From Haplodiscus bocki (Eukaryota), in assembly GCA_965655095.1 (NCBI GenBank), contig OZ296651.1:28148001-28212000 (forward strand): a stretch of 64,000 nt of DNA. Direction: 5' to 3'. A model generated the notes under the pieces. The model saw nothing but the letters and a program-made list of their open reading frames with translations. It was not told the origin of the DNA and made no database searches. Each line of letters starts with the position of its first letter. Position 1 is the first letter of the stretch. Both the position numbers and the translations under genes were made by a program. Of this stretch, positions 50,754-60,866 are shown in pieces.

Positions 50754-51137
50754 TTACTCAGAAGAAATCTGTCTGAAGATTGGGAGTTTATATTTGTATA
50801 TGTCTTCGTCTTTATTTTCTGATTTTGTTCTATAAGGAAAATAGAGATTTTCATAATCTAATTCCTCATCTTTTCCTATAAGAGCTGGGACGATTAAGCT
50901 CCTCATCTTGATCCAATCATCTCTTAACTCACCATTTTCATTATCAATTAATTTTATTAGCATTAGTTTCGCTTGTTTAAGTATATTATATTGTATTCCA
51001 AAATCGATTCCTTCTAGGTCCAAAAAATAATTATGAATCATTGATATATATAATATGTAATGAGTTTTATTATTATTATCAGTTATACCAATATCGATAT
51101 AATCCAAAACATCTTTCAAATTGTTTACTCCATTCAT
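50754..51137 (-). CDS. Viral hypothetical protein
   Basis: 127-aa ORF with TAAATG start. Confidence 0.65.
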   Translation of the reverse strand: MNGVNNLKDVLDYIDIGITDNNNKTHYILYISMIHNYFLDLEGIDFGIQYNILKQAKLMLIKLIDNENGELRDDWIKMRSLIVPALIGKDEELDYENLYFPYRTKSENKDEDIYKYKLPIFRQISSE

Positions 51138-51179
51138 TTATATAGTAAAAACTATTATTATATACTAGGAAGCATAAGT

Positions 51180-51620
51180 CTAATCATAATTTGAGTGAAT
51201 TTTATTTATTTCTATTTTTTCGTGTTTCATAATATTATCATAATCAATATCAAACAACTTATCAATATCATTTATATCAATATTTTTTCTCTGTACAAAT
51301 CTAAAATATGGTGTTAAATAATGAATATTTTCCCAACCTAATGCAATACTATATGGTGTTAAATTATTACCCATATTTGAGATATATTTATATATTCTAT
51401 CATTAGTTAAAAAACTACATACTTGGTCACCTCCAATATAGATGTATTTATGTTTATTATTTTCTATACCTATTCTAAGTAAAATTGTATTTCCATTAAA
51501 CAGTTCTTTATCCTCGGATCCTGATAATTTTGTCATGTTACATAGCTGAGATCTACCGATAAATGTTTCCATAGGATTAACTTCATATATGATATTTTTA
51601 TCTTCAGAAACATCTTCCAA
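51180..51620 (-). CDS. Viral hypothetical protein (5' end uncertain)
   Basis: 146-aa ORF with GNTILL...YIYIG...Y.S.MGNN..PY..A motif; non-ATG start in the track. Confidence 0.6.
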   Translation of the reverse strand: MEDVSEDKNIIYEVNPMETFIGRSQLCNMTKLSGSEDKELFNGNTILLRIGIENNKHKYIYIGGDQVCSFLTNDRIYKYISNMGNNLTPYSIALGWENIHYLTPYFRFVQRKNIDINDIDKLFDIDYDNIMKHEKIEINKIHSNYD

Positions 51621-51704
51621 TCTCTGTACTCTAATCCATCCTTTATTGCGAGCAGTAATAGCTTAGCGTTCACAAATATTTTCAGCTACATATATAATTG
51701 TCAT

Positions 51705-51911
51705 TTATATAGAATAAAAAATACTTTCAAGATACTTTATTCTACTAATTTTCATTTTTAATTCCATATCTAAATCTGAAATCATTATTGACATTATATG
51801 TATTAATTCTTTAAGAATATTATTTTGAATCAAATTATCATATACTATCTCAATTTTACGATCATAAGTTAATCTATTATATCTATCTAACATATTATTT
51901 TTTTCATACAT
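51705..51911 (-). CDS. Viral small coiled-coil hypothetical protein
   Basis: 68-aa ORF in the packed gene array. Confidence 0.45.
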   Translation of the reverse strand: MYEKNNMLDRYNRLTYDRKIEIVYDNLIQNNILKELIHIMSIMISDLDMELKMKISRIKYLESIFYSI

Positions 51912-52012
51912 ATGAAAGGATCTTTTTTAATTACATTTATAAAAGCTTCCATTTTAAATATGGAGAAAATCAAGATCTTTTATAATTTATTTCAAATAAT
52001 CTTATCTAAAAA

Positions 52013-52198
52013 ATGGATTGTGAAAATCAACTAGTTATTTATTGTGAAGATGGTGAATATCGAGTATATTGCGATGTCTGTGATTATTTATGTATTCAAA
52101 GATATTATAAAAACCATTTAAAGTCACAATCTCATATAAATAATGTTCGCAAAACAGAAGAAATAAGCAAAGCATTTGAAGCAATCTCACTTAATTAA
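52013..52198 (+). CDS. Viral small zinc-finger protein (matrin/U1-like C2H2)
   Basis: CDVC-x-HLKSQSH. Confidence 0.65.
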   Translation: MDCENQLVIYCEDGEYRVYCDVCDYLCIQRYYKNHLKSQSHINNVRKTEEISKAFEAISLN

Positions 52199-52200
52199 AT

Positions 52201-52716
52201 ATGACTCATCTCTGTTACCATTGCAATAAAAATGATAAATGTTTTTATACAAAATATATCATTAATAATGTCAAAATCAACGAATTTGATAAAATATTTA
52301 ACTATTATATCACTACTCATAATCGAAAATTTGATTTTTACTATATTGACTGCGAATTTGAATTACTATTCGAAAACAATTACATGGCAAATATAGAAAT
52401 AAGTTTTCATTATAATACAGATTTTATTAATATAAAGAGTTATTTATTATTTTATATTGATAGTTGTAAATCTGGAGGATATATATTTAATAATATCAAT
52501 CATATGATTATCAACACTATTAGTTGTATGTGTAATATGAATTATAGATATTATATAAATCAACCAATGTCAATGCTTGAACGACGAATTAATTTTATTA
52601 TTGCTAGAAATCCACAATTAATAAATTGTCTTAATCGAAATAAAAACCATTCTCTTATCAAAAAAATATTCTCATATTCCATTATTATAAATGTATGTGA
52701 CAAATATTACCGATGA
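52201..52716 (+). CDS. Viral hypothetical protein
   Basis: 171 aa; PMSMLERRIN.IIARNPQLIN motif. Confidence 0.65.
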   Translation: MTHLCYHCNKNDKCFYTKYIINNVKINEFDKIFNYYITTHNRKFDFYYIDCEFELLFENNYMANIEISFHYNTDFINIKSYLLFYIDSCKSGGYIFNNINHMIINTISCMCNMNYRYYINQPMSMLERRINFIIARNPQLINCLNRNKNHSLIKKIFSYSIIINVCDKYYR

Positions 52717-52876
52717 TTATGATAATATGACGACATCTAATTGTACAGATAGTGAAAATGATATTGATATAATTATACCAGTTTTATTATTCACAATTCC
52801 ATGTGGGCTATCATTTATCTGTTTAATGAGTTTGATTGTATACACAATAATTAAACCTTTATTCAATAGGAAATAA
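52691..52876 (+). CDS. Small single-pass membrane protein
   Basis: Acidic N-terminus with NxT sequons, long hydrophobic segment, basic C-terminus. Confidence 0.55.
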   Translation: MYVTNITDDYDNMTTSNCTDSENDIDIIIPVLLFTIPCGLSFICLMSLIVYTIIKPLFNRK

Positions 52877-52906
52877 AATATTCGTATACTTATTTGTCAA
52901 ATATAA

Positions 52907-53584
52907 ATGGAGAAGTTTCTTTATCCAACTCATCCCGTTAGGTGTATTATAACGGGACCAAGCAACGTGGGTAAATCAGTATTTTTAACAAATTTAATTT
53001 TAAATATTATAAACGAATATGATAAAATATACATCTATTCACCAAGTCTTCATCAAGAGTTATATCAAAAATTAAATAAATGTTTTAGTAATCATATACC
53101 AATTCATATAATACCAAATATTTTAAACGAAGAAGATATTGATATAGTTATTGAAGAAGTAATTAATAATAAAGACTTTCAAAAATCAGATGTCGAATTA
53201 GAAACATTTGATAATATAGAAAATTTAAAATTTCCTCAAGAATATGAAAATAATAGTATCATTATCCTAGATGATTTAAATCAAAAAGAGATGGATGATC
53301 CTAGAGTTCAAGCTATGTTTAAAAGATCTAGACATAATAATTTATCTATTTTTATAATAAGTCAAGATTACTATGAATTAAGTAAAAAAACAATACGATG
53401 TAATGGTAATATCTATCATATATTTAAACCAAACAATTTCAGAGATGTGATTAATCTTTATCAAGATAAAGCATCTATGGATATGAATCTTAATGAATTT
53501 AAATTATTAACTAGTATTTGTTGGAATGAAAAATATAAACCTCTTACAATTGATATGGCAAAAGATAAATATACAGGTCGTTAA
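52907..53584 (+). CDS. A32-like DNA packaging ATPase (stop likely slightly premature)
   Basis: Walker A GPSNVGKS, Walker B IIILDD, RSRHNNLS; the frame reads on to ~53632 after the TAA. Confidence 0.92.
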   Translation: MEKFLYPTHPVRCIITGPSNVGKSVFLTNLILNIINEYDKIYIYSPSLHQELYQKLNKCFSNHIPIHIIPNILNEEDIDIVIEEVINNKDFQKSDVELETFDNIENLKFPQEYENNSIIILDDLNQKEMDDPRVQAMFKRSRHNNLSIFIISQDYYELSKKTIRCNGNIYHIFKPNNFRDVINLYQDKASMDMNLNEFKLLTSICWNEKYKPLTIDMAKDKYTGR

Positions 53585-53674
53585 AGGCTTGGATTAAGTT
53601 CAATATTTGTTCCTGATACGACCCCTTTTTAAAATATATTTACACATATACAAGTGTTTATTTGAGTATTATAA

Positions 53675-54564
53675 ATGAGTATTTATTCAAATGTTACTGA
53701 AAAAGTTTTAGATAATCTTCGTAAACTAGCACAACAACAGAAAGAGGAAAGAGCTGTCAAAATTAAAAATAGAATTTTGAAACAAACACATGACGTTTAA
53801 TTAGCAGAAAGCTTATCACCTATTACTAAAGAATTAAAAAAGTCTACCAAAAAAATAAGCGAAGTTATCAAAGAATCAAATTCTGAAAATGAAAATAATC
53901 AAGAGATAGTTCCTGTTGATATTGAATCAGAAGATGAAAATGTTCAAACTAATTTAAGAGCCCTTCCAAACAGTTCTATGTTCAGTGATCAAATGACAAA
54001 AACATTAGGTAGATTAATGTCTAGCGCTAATTCTCTAAAAATAAAATCTACTCCTTTTGGCGCAACAATTCTTGGAGTTCCAATTTACACATTAGGTGGA
54101 GATACAATACAAATAAAAGATAATGTTTATGATTTAACTCCTGAAATATATAAAGCCGTATCTTATACAGGATATGATGGTAAAACTATGAAAAACGAAA
54201 ACGATATCTTAATGCTTAATAATATTATCAGAGATTTAGGATACACAGGTCGTGGAGATTATCAATCAAAAGGAAAAACATTTCTCACAGAAAAACTTCC
54301 AAATTAGTTGAAGAAATTCAAAACAGAACTTTCGAAGAAATTACAGACGACTCTAATGATTTACAAGGAGAAGGAGTTAAAATAACTATTCCCAACAATA
54401 TAATCGACATCTATACCAGACTTGAAATTTTACTAGGATTAAAACTATCAGGACATACTGATACTCTCACAGAAGCAAGCAATTTAATAGATGAATTATA
54501 CAAACTAGGTGAAATACGAAATAAACAGCATTATCGAAATGCTCTTAACAAATTTTCTAACTAA
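53675..54564 (+). pseudogene. Conserved Polinton virion-core-type ORF, disrupted
   Basis: MSIYSNVT... stop at 53798, frameshift ~54300; C-terminus LQGEG..IYTRLEILLGLKLSGH....EA..LIDEL...GEI. Confidence 0.65.
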
Positions 54565-54832
54565 TATTATTACAATAATAAAATTTTTATAATAATATAA
54601 TTTTCATACATGTATAAGAATAATTATATTCGAATACGTGTTATTATACCTTATTGAATAATTATAATTGGAAATACAAGTGTAATAATTTCATTTGAAC
54701 AAATGTAGTTATACAATATTATTTATTATAAATACCTAAGTATATTTACAATTATTCAAGTAGTTTTACGAGTATTTATATGAGTACGTATACTAGAGTA
54801 TACTTACAAATATAAGTATTTATTACTCATAA

Positions 54833-55618
54833 ATGGAACTTCCTAGTAAATTATTAGAACAGATTGTTTATAATGCTAGACCTAACATAGAAGAGCATAT
54901 TCTAATCATTATGGATAAAAGTAATCATAAAGAGCATTTATCTCAACCACTTCAAACAAATAATAAACAATTTAAAATTGCAGTCACTTTTCTAACCGCA
55001 TATAATGGAATTTTCAATATTACAAGTAAAAATAATAATTTTTATTTCTCAAAATCAATCATCGATGATAATCATTTTCAGTCCATTACTATTCCACAAG
55101 GTAGTTATGAAATAGAAAGTTTAAATGACGAGATTAAAAGGATTATTATTGATGAAGGTTATTTTACTCTCGAAGAATATCCGTTTTCAATCAAGCCTAA
55201 TTTTTCGACTCTTGGATCTATTATAGAAATCTCCAATGAAGAGTCTGCTATATCATTCAAACCAGATGACAGTATAAGAGATCTCTTAGGATTTAATAAG
55301 ACTACAATATATGAAAAATATAATTTATCACCTAATCCCGTTGATATAATTTCGTTTGATAATATTTTCATTGAAACTAATATTGCTCAAGGAATGATCT
55401 TTAAACAACAGAGGACTGGTATAATACACAATTTCACTATGACCGTTAACCCAGGATACAAATATGTGGAACGCTTTGAAGGGGGAATTAGTTGGTATAT
55501 GCTTCAGACTAATGATTTTATTTCAAGTATTAATTTTAAATTTAAAAATGAAAACAATGAATTAGTATCATTTAATGGACAATCAGTGACTTTTAAATTA
55601 TCTATCAAGGAAGTTTAG
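54833..55618 (+). CDS. Minor capsid protein (penton, single jelly-roll)
   Basis: YN.IFNIT..NN.F, IPQGSYEIESLN, PGYK..E, I..I......N...V.FNG. Confidence 0.85.
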   Translation: MELPSKLLEQIVYNARPNIEEHILIIMDKSNHKEHLSQPLQTNNKQFKIAVTFLTAYNGIFNITSKNNNFYFSKSIIDDNHFQSITIPQGSYEIESLNDEIKRIIIDEGYFTLEEYPFSIKPNFSTLGSIIEISNEESAISFKPDDSIRDLLGFNKTTIYEKYNLSPNPVDIISFDNIFIETNIAQGMIFKQQRTGIIHNFTMTVNPGYKYVERFEGGISWYMLQTNDFISSINFKFKNENNELVSFNGQSVTFKLSIKEV

Positions 55619-55781
55619 GACATGGATACTTACAATTATATGAGTATTTATACCAGCGTATACTTACAATTATATGGGTATTTATACATACTTCTAAAAA
55701 TATTTCTGTGTTTGTACACTTATGTTTGTATTTATACTAGAGGTATACTTACAATTATTTGAGTATTTTACTTCTTTTCAA

Positions 55782-55928
55782 ATGACGAAATCAAGGTATA
55801 ATCCTAAATATAAAATTAAATTACAAAACCAAATACCAAAAGATATTAAATCTAGTAATTTACCTCAAAATTTACAAAGTTTCAAAGACAAATTATTTTC
55901 CGGAAATGGATTTATTGTTTATAAGTGA
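55782..55928 (+). CDS. Small basic putative core protein
   Basis: MTKSRYNPKYK...FSGNGF; lies between penton and MCP. Confidence 0.4.
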   Translation: MTKSRYNPKYKIKLQNQIPKDIKSSNLPQNLQSFKDKLFSGNGFIVYK

Positions 55929-56003
55929 ATACTCGTATACTTGTAAGTGTAATTGTATAATTACATGTATTCGTGCATGAATATCAAATTTTATATCTAA
56001 TAG

Positions 56004-57313
56004 ATGAGTGCTAACGACTTTCAATTGATAGATGACGAAAAAATTGATGATTCAATCATAAAACGAGATTTCATAAAAATTTACCATCAATCTGGAGCTA
56101 ACGTAGATGCTGAAAATTCACAAATTAAATTCTATTTCGGTGAAAATCATAATTTTATTCAAGTAGGTAATGGCTATCTGGAATTTGATATAAGAATTAG
56201 AAGAGATGATGGTAATGCTTTCAGAGTCCCTGTCAATGTTGGAGATCCGAATGATATAATTAGATTAGTTAATAACGCATTTGCTTATACAATTCATGGT
56301 GCTAGAATATCAACATCAGCAGGAGTAGAAATTGAACAAAACAAATATGTTGGCCCTATTTCAACCATTATGAGATTAGTAACAGAAAAAGATGGGGATT
56401 TATCTACATATTTTGATATAATTAATGAAAAAGAGAATGGTATCAAAGATTCAACATTAAAACAAATACTCATCAACAATCACACTGAAGCTAATAGGGG
56501 TCTTATAAGAGGTCATCTACATTTGGAATATATATTTGGATTTGCAAGATCGTTTAAGAAAACAACAAAAGGACTCGGCTTCGAATTAGATTTACGAACA
56601 TCAAATAGAAAACGAGATATTCTGTACACGACATTAGACGATGATGATGTTAATGTTACTATTAACTGCATAAGTTTGTTTATTCCTCAATTAATACCAT
56701 CACCTGAAACACAAGTAATCTCCCACGAAGCAATTTCACATACTTTCACTTTATCATATGAATCTTGGACTACAGATAGAAAACCTGTTGATACAGCAAG
56801 AGAATTTCAACTAGATATATCATCAGCATCAAATATAAATAGTCCGTTATATCTTATAGCAGCACATCAGAAAACACAACGAGCCGATCCTGCTAACCCG
56901 GCTAAAAATCTATTCAACAACAGATTCAATAATGCTATTTTCGATCATGTTAACGTACGAAAATATTATTCAGAAATAGATGGTATTCGATACCCAAAAA
57001 ATCCTGTCATGGTTAATTATGAGGAAAACAATTATCTTGAACAATACCAAGCTTTAAAACTATTTTACAAAGAATATGTAGGTGATCAATTATTACCTCC
57101 TATTATAACATATGATAAGATGAAAGACTTTTATCCCATTCAAATAATCGACCTACGGTTCCAAGTAGACCACATATCACCAAAAAGATAAGATTGTTTG
57201 AAGAATACGATCCCAATCCAACTAATACTAATTTATATGTAATATTAATAAAACATAGAGAGATTAAAATGATTTCCGATGGTAATAAAATTATTAGTGT
57301 TGAAGTAGTGTAA
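56004..57313 (+). CDS. Major capsid protein (double jelly-roll), one frameshift at ~57187
   Basis: DDSI, YLEF, LVNNAFAY..EIE, FDH.NV....IDG.RYP, PI..IDL..Q; the C-terminus continues in another frame (IRLFEEY...ISVEVV). Confidence 0.88.
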
Positions 57314-57340
57314 AAAAAATATAAATTAAAAAATGATACT

Positions 57341-57682
57341 ATGAACGAATCTCAATTACAAAAAATTTATAATTATACTATATACCCCAGAGATTCAAAA
57401 ATATATTCAGATAAAGGATTTGTTAAAATAGACAACGGATCTCAAGGAGGATCTCATTGGACTTGTTTTATAGTGAAAGATAAAAAATCATACTATTTTG
57501 ATAGTTTCGGAGTTCAACCAGATAGATTTTTAATAAATCAATTACCTAAACCAATAATGTCTCATAATTATAAAATACAAGATAGAAATTCAAAATTATG
57601 TGGCTCATGTTGTTTATATTTTTTCTATTTAATTGAACGAATGAATTTTTATGATGCAATATTAAAAATGCATTTTGGTTAA
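57341..57682 (+). CDS. Adenain-like cysteine maturation protease
   Basis: GSHW, YFDSFG, IQ....LCG..C catalytic His/Asp/Gln/Cys pattern. Confidence 0.9.
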   Translation: MNESQLQKIYNYTIYPRDSKIYSDKGFVKIDNGSQGGSHWTCFIVKDKKSYYFDSFGVQPDRFLINQLPKPIMSHNYKIQDRNSKLCGSCCLYFFYLIERMNFYDAILKMHFG

Positions 57683-57688
57683 TTAAAT

Positions 57689-59017
57689 ATGCCGATAAAT
57701 GTATTTGGAAACTCTTCAAATAATTCTGAACAAAAAATTGATACTTCAATATTTGTACAAAAACCCTACTTAAGAACTAATTATATAGAAGCTAATATAG
57801 AAGAAGATATTGACTTAAAAAATCAATTTAGAATTAAAAATTTACCTGATCCCATAAGCATTAGAGAGCCAGCTCCAAAACATTACGTTAATATTTTATT
57901 CAACGATCCTAGTATAGTAAAAAACACTGAACATATAGATCTAAATGATAGAAATAATACTAATGCTAGATTTATACAAGTCAATCAATGGCCGCAGATC
58001 GATTCGCATCTAACACCTAGGTTGTATGTTGATAATGCCGTAGATGAATCATCATTAGTTAGAAATAATCAAGATAATGATTTTAATAATAATAACTTAA
58101 CGAATATAAATAGTATTACTTTAAATAAACAAGCAGAAAATGATAATGAAGTAATAACAAAAGCTTATGTAGATCAATTTCATCAAGAGAATGAACGATC
58201 TCGACGAGATTTAGGTATTAATTTTTATAATGAATCAAATGATTTGGTCAGGAATAATCAAGACAATGATCTCAATGATAAAAAAATAACAAATTTAGAT
58301 TCTATCACAGTTAATAGAAATGCTAGTTTAGATAATGAATTAGCAAACAAAAAAATATATCGATGACTCAATAGCGGAAGGTACATTGCTTAGATTTAAT
58401 CAAACATTAACAAATTATCTCAAAGTATCTGTTGGAAATGATACGTATAATTTAACTAAATATGATGAAATTCAATTGACTGATACAACAGTTATGAAAG
58501 CTAGAAACAATGGAGGTTATCTCCTACCATACTGGAGGATTGTATGTAATGATAAAAAGAACAATGGAAAAAAAACAAATTTTATAAAATCAACAAAAAC
58601 GAATTCTCCAACCGGATCATCAGGAGCAACGACTTTACCACCTGTAGGTACTGCATTCAAGTATATAGAAACAAGCTCAAATAATAATGGAAATAATGTT
58701 TTTGTTAGCTTGGCAAGAACTGATATCATTCAAATTACCAAAATAACATTCTAGTATAATAGATTTTCAATATCTGAAAATAATTTACGAGCTATGGGTC
58801 GGTTTAGAATTTAACTATTATTAGAAGATAACACCTGGTCAACGAGGTATAATATACCTATAATGATCAATATAGTGATTCATCAACTGATTGGACTCTT
58901 ATAAATTTAAATTTCACTGTAGAAAATTATGGTATTAAATTAATTTATGATGAGATAGACACAGCTCATGCTGATATGTGTTTTAGTAATATTACGATCA
59001 CACATTCTGTATATTGA
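57689..59017 (+). pseudogene. Fibre/spike-like protein with shaft repeats and a C-terminal MAM-like domain, disrupted
   Basis: Repeats I.NL..P....A.K.YV(D); frameshifts at ~58350 and ~58860, stops at 58752 and ~58812. Confidence 0.65.
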
Positions 59018-59058
59018 ATATTAACTCATATCCGAATATGAAAAATTTTATATTTTAA

Positions 59059-59301
59059 ATGAATAATGTAAATTATTTTAAAGATTTATTTGAATCAATA
59101 CCTGATTATAAAAAGATTGTCTTATTAATGTTCTTAATTAAAAACGATGATAATTTATTATACGAATGTGGATTTTTAAAAGGTGATATTAATTTTTTAT
59201 ATAAAGAATTTAAAAATATATTACTTGAACTGAATGAAGAATACTTAGATCATATTAAAAACGAAGAAGAAGCAATAATTGAAAAGATTTTAAATAAATA
59301 A
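59059..59301 (+). CDS. Viral hypothetical protein
   Basis: 80-aa ORF, TAAATG start; resembles the next ORF (LL.L....D..L....F...[DE]IN). Confidence 0.65.
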   Translation: MNNVNYFKDLFESIPDYKKIVLLMFLIKNDDNLLYECGFLKGDINFLYKEFKNILLELNEEYLDHIKNEEEAIIEKILNK

Positions 59302-59520
59302 ATGGAAGCCTATTTTGCTACAATGTTTGAAGATCTTCGCCATGAGAGATCGTTGATATTATTACTATCACTAACAGATCCAGATATATTAAAACAATCC
59401 AAATTCACAGATGATGAAATAAATATAATAAAAAATCTTGCTCTTGAAAAATTACACAGACAACGAATACTAAAAGAGCATATTGCAATGGATTTGTTAG
59501 AAAAACAATTTTCTGATTAG
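59302..59520 (+). CDS. Viral hypothetical protein
   Basis: 72-aa ORF, stop-start coupled to the previous ORF. Confidence 0.65.
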   Translation: MEAYFATMFEDLRHERSLILLLSLTDPDILKQSKFTDDEINIIKNLALEKLHRQRILKEHIAMDLLEKQFSD

Positions 59521-59523
59521 TAA

Positions 59524-60234
59524 ATGAGTGGATATCCGAATTTAAAACCTGATGATGTTGAATTATTAAAAATAAAAACGAAAGATGATCAGCTAAAAGA
59601 ACTTCAATACAAAACAGAAAAATATGATCACGAAAGTATGTTAAAACCATTGAAAATAGATAATGAATATTATAAAAAGAAATATAAAAATTTAAATAAA
59701 AAGAAAGTATTATTAATCATTACAGAAATTTTGATTGGATCGGGATCTGCTGTTTCAACGTCCGCTATGTCGATAGTAAACCCAAGCATTGGTATTGTAT
59801 TGACTTCTTCAACAGCTTTAATAACATCTCTTGCTATATTAATCACGAATGAATATATAAGTAAACTAAAATTACGTTATACTAAACTAAGAGACTGGAT
59901 TAATTTTATTACAATTCTGTATGAGAAAACATTAAATCAATCTATGGTTGATAAGAAAATTGATGAAAAAGAAGCCTTAGAATTGAAGAAAATATATAAT
60001 CATTATATTGATAAACGAAAAGAAATTATGAACTCGACTAAATTCAAAGTTGAAGATATTTTTGGTGATGTAATAAGTAAAGATTCTCTTTCACCAGAAC
60101 AGATAACTAAATTAAATAATTTTTTTATCAAAAATGATGTGAATATAAATATAAAAATCAAAATTAACTTTTTTAAACCTGGAAAAGGGAAATATAAAAA
60201 TTATGAGCCCTCAGCTCCTCCAGCTTATGAATAA
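59524..60234 (+). CDS. Coiled-coil + two-TM hairpin membrane protein with late-domain motifs
   Basis: YPNL at residues 4-7, hydrophobic hairpin VLLII...LAILIT, C-terminal PSAPPAYE. Confidence 0.8.
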   Translation: MSGYPNLKPDDVELLKIKTKDDQLKELQYKTEKYDHESMLKPLKIDNEYYKKKYKNLNKKKVLLIITEILIGSGSAVSTSAMSIVNPSIGIVLTSSTALITSLAILITNEYISKLKLRYTKLRDWINFITILYEKTLNQSMVDKKIDEKEALELKKIYNHYIDKRKEIMNSTKFKVEDIFGDVISKDSLSPEQITKLNNFFIKNDVNINIKIKINFFKPGKGKYKNYEPSAPPAYE

Positions 60235-60249
60235 ATTATATTAATATAA

Positions 60250-60408
60250 ATGACAAAGAGTTATTGCTTGGGAGGTCGTCATTATAGTGATACTAATATT
60301 ATCACTCAATATGAAAAAGTAAATCCGAGAAATAAAAAACTAGTTAAAATTATCAAAGGTACTTGTTCTATTTGTGGTCGTAATAAATCACAAATTTTTG
60401 CTAAGTAA
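60250..60408 (+). CDS. 52-aa zinc-ribbon-like protein (below ORF-track cutoff)
   Basis: MTKSYCLGGRH...KGTCSICGRNKSQIFAK; TAAATG start. Confidence 0.7.
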   Translation: MTKSYCLGGRHYSDTNIITQYEKVNPRNKKLVKIIKGTCSICGRNKSQIFAK

Positions 60409-60837
60409 ATGACACGAGGAGAAGATTTTGTTAAAAAAGGATAATGTAGTAAAAATCACTGCTCATCTATGTCAAATTCAGCGTGGACTGATTTAAATAG
60501 TAAAGGTAATATATTAAAACTCCATGACAAATGTCCTAATCCTAAATGTGGTTGTCAGAAGATAATAACTTTTACTCCACATCAAAATATGCTTGAGGTT
60601 AGATCGATAAAATCTAAATTACAAAAAATTTTCAGAGGAACAAAAACAGCGTGGGAAAAATTTATTAAACCCGGCTTAAAAATGGCAACACCACTGATAT
60701 CAGCTGCTGTGGCTGTAAAAACAAAAAATCCTCAATCAGCTGAAGTTACGAATAGTATTTTAAAATCATTAACAGGTGGTAAGATATTGAGTCTCACAGA
60801 TATGCACGATAACGGATTAAGATTAAAAGTAATGTGA
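60409..60837 (+). pseudogene. Putative membrane-active/core protein, one internal stop at ~60442
   Basis: MTRGEDFVKKG*; Cys/His cluster then basic amphipathic helices IKSKLQKIFRG..AWEKFIKPGLK; LTGG site. Confidence 0.6.
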
Positions 60838-60866
60838 TTTCATTTCAAATATAGTCTAAAGATAAA

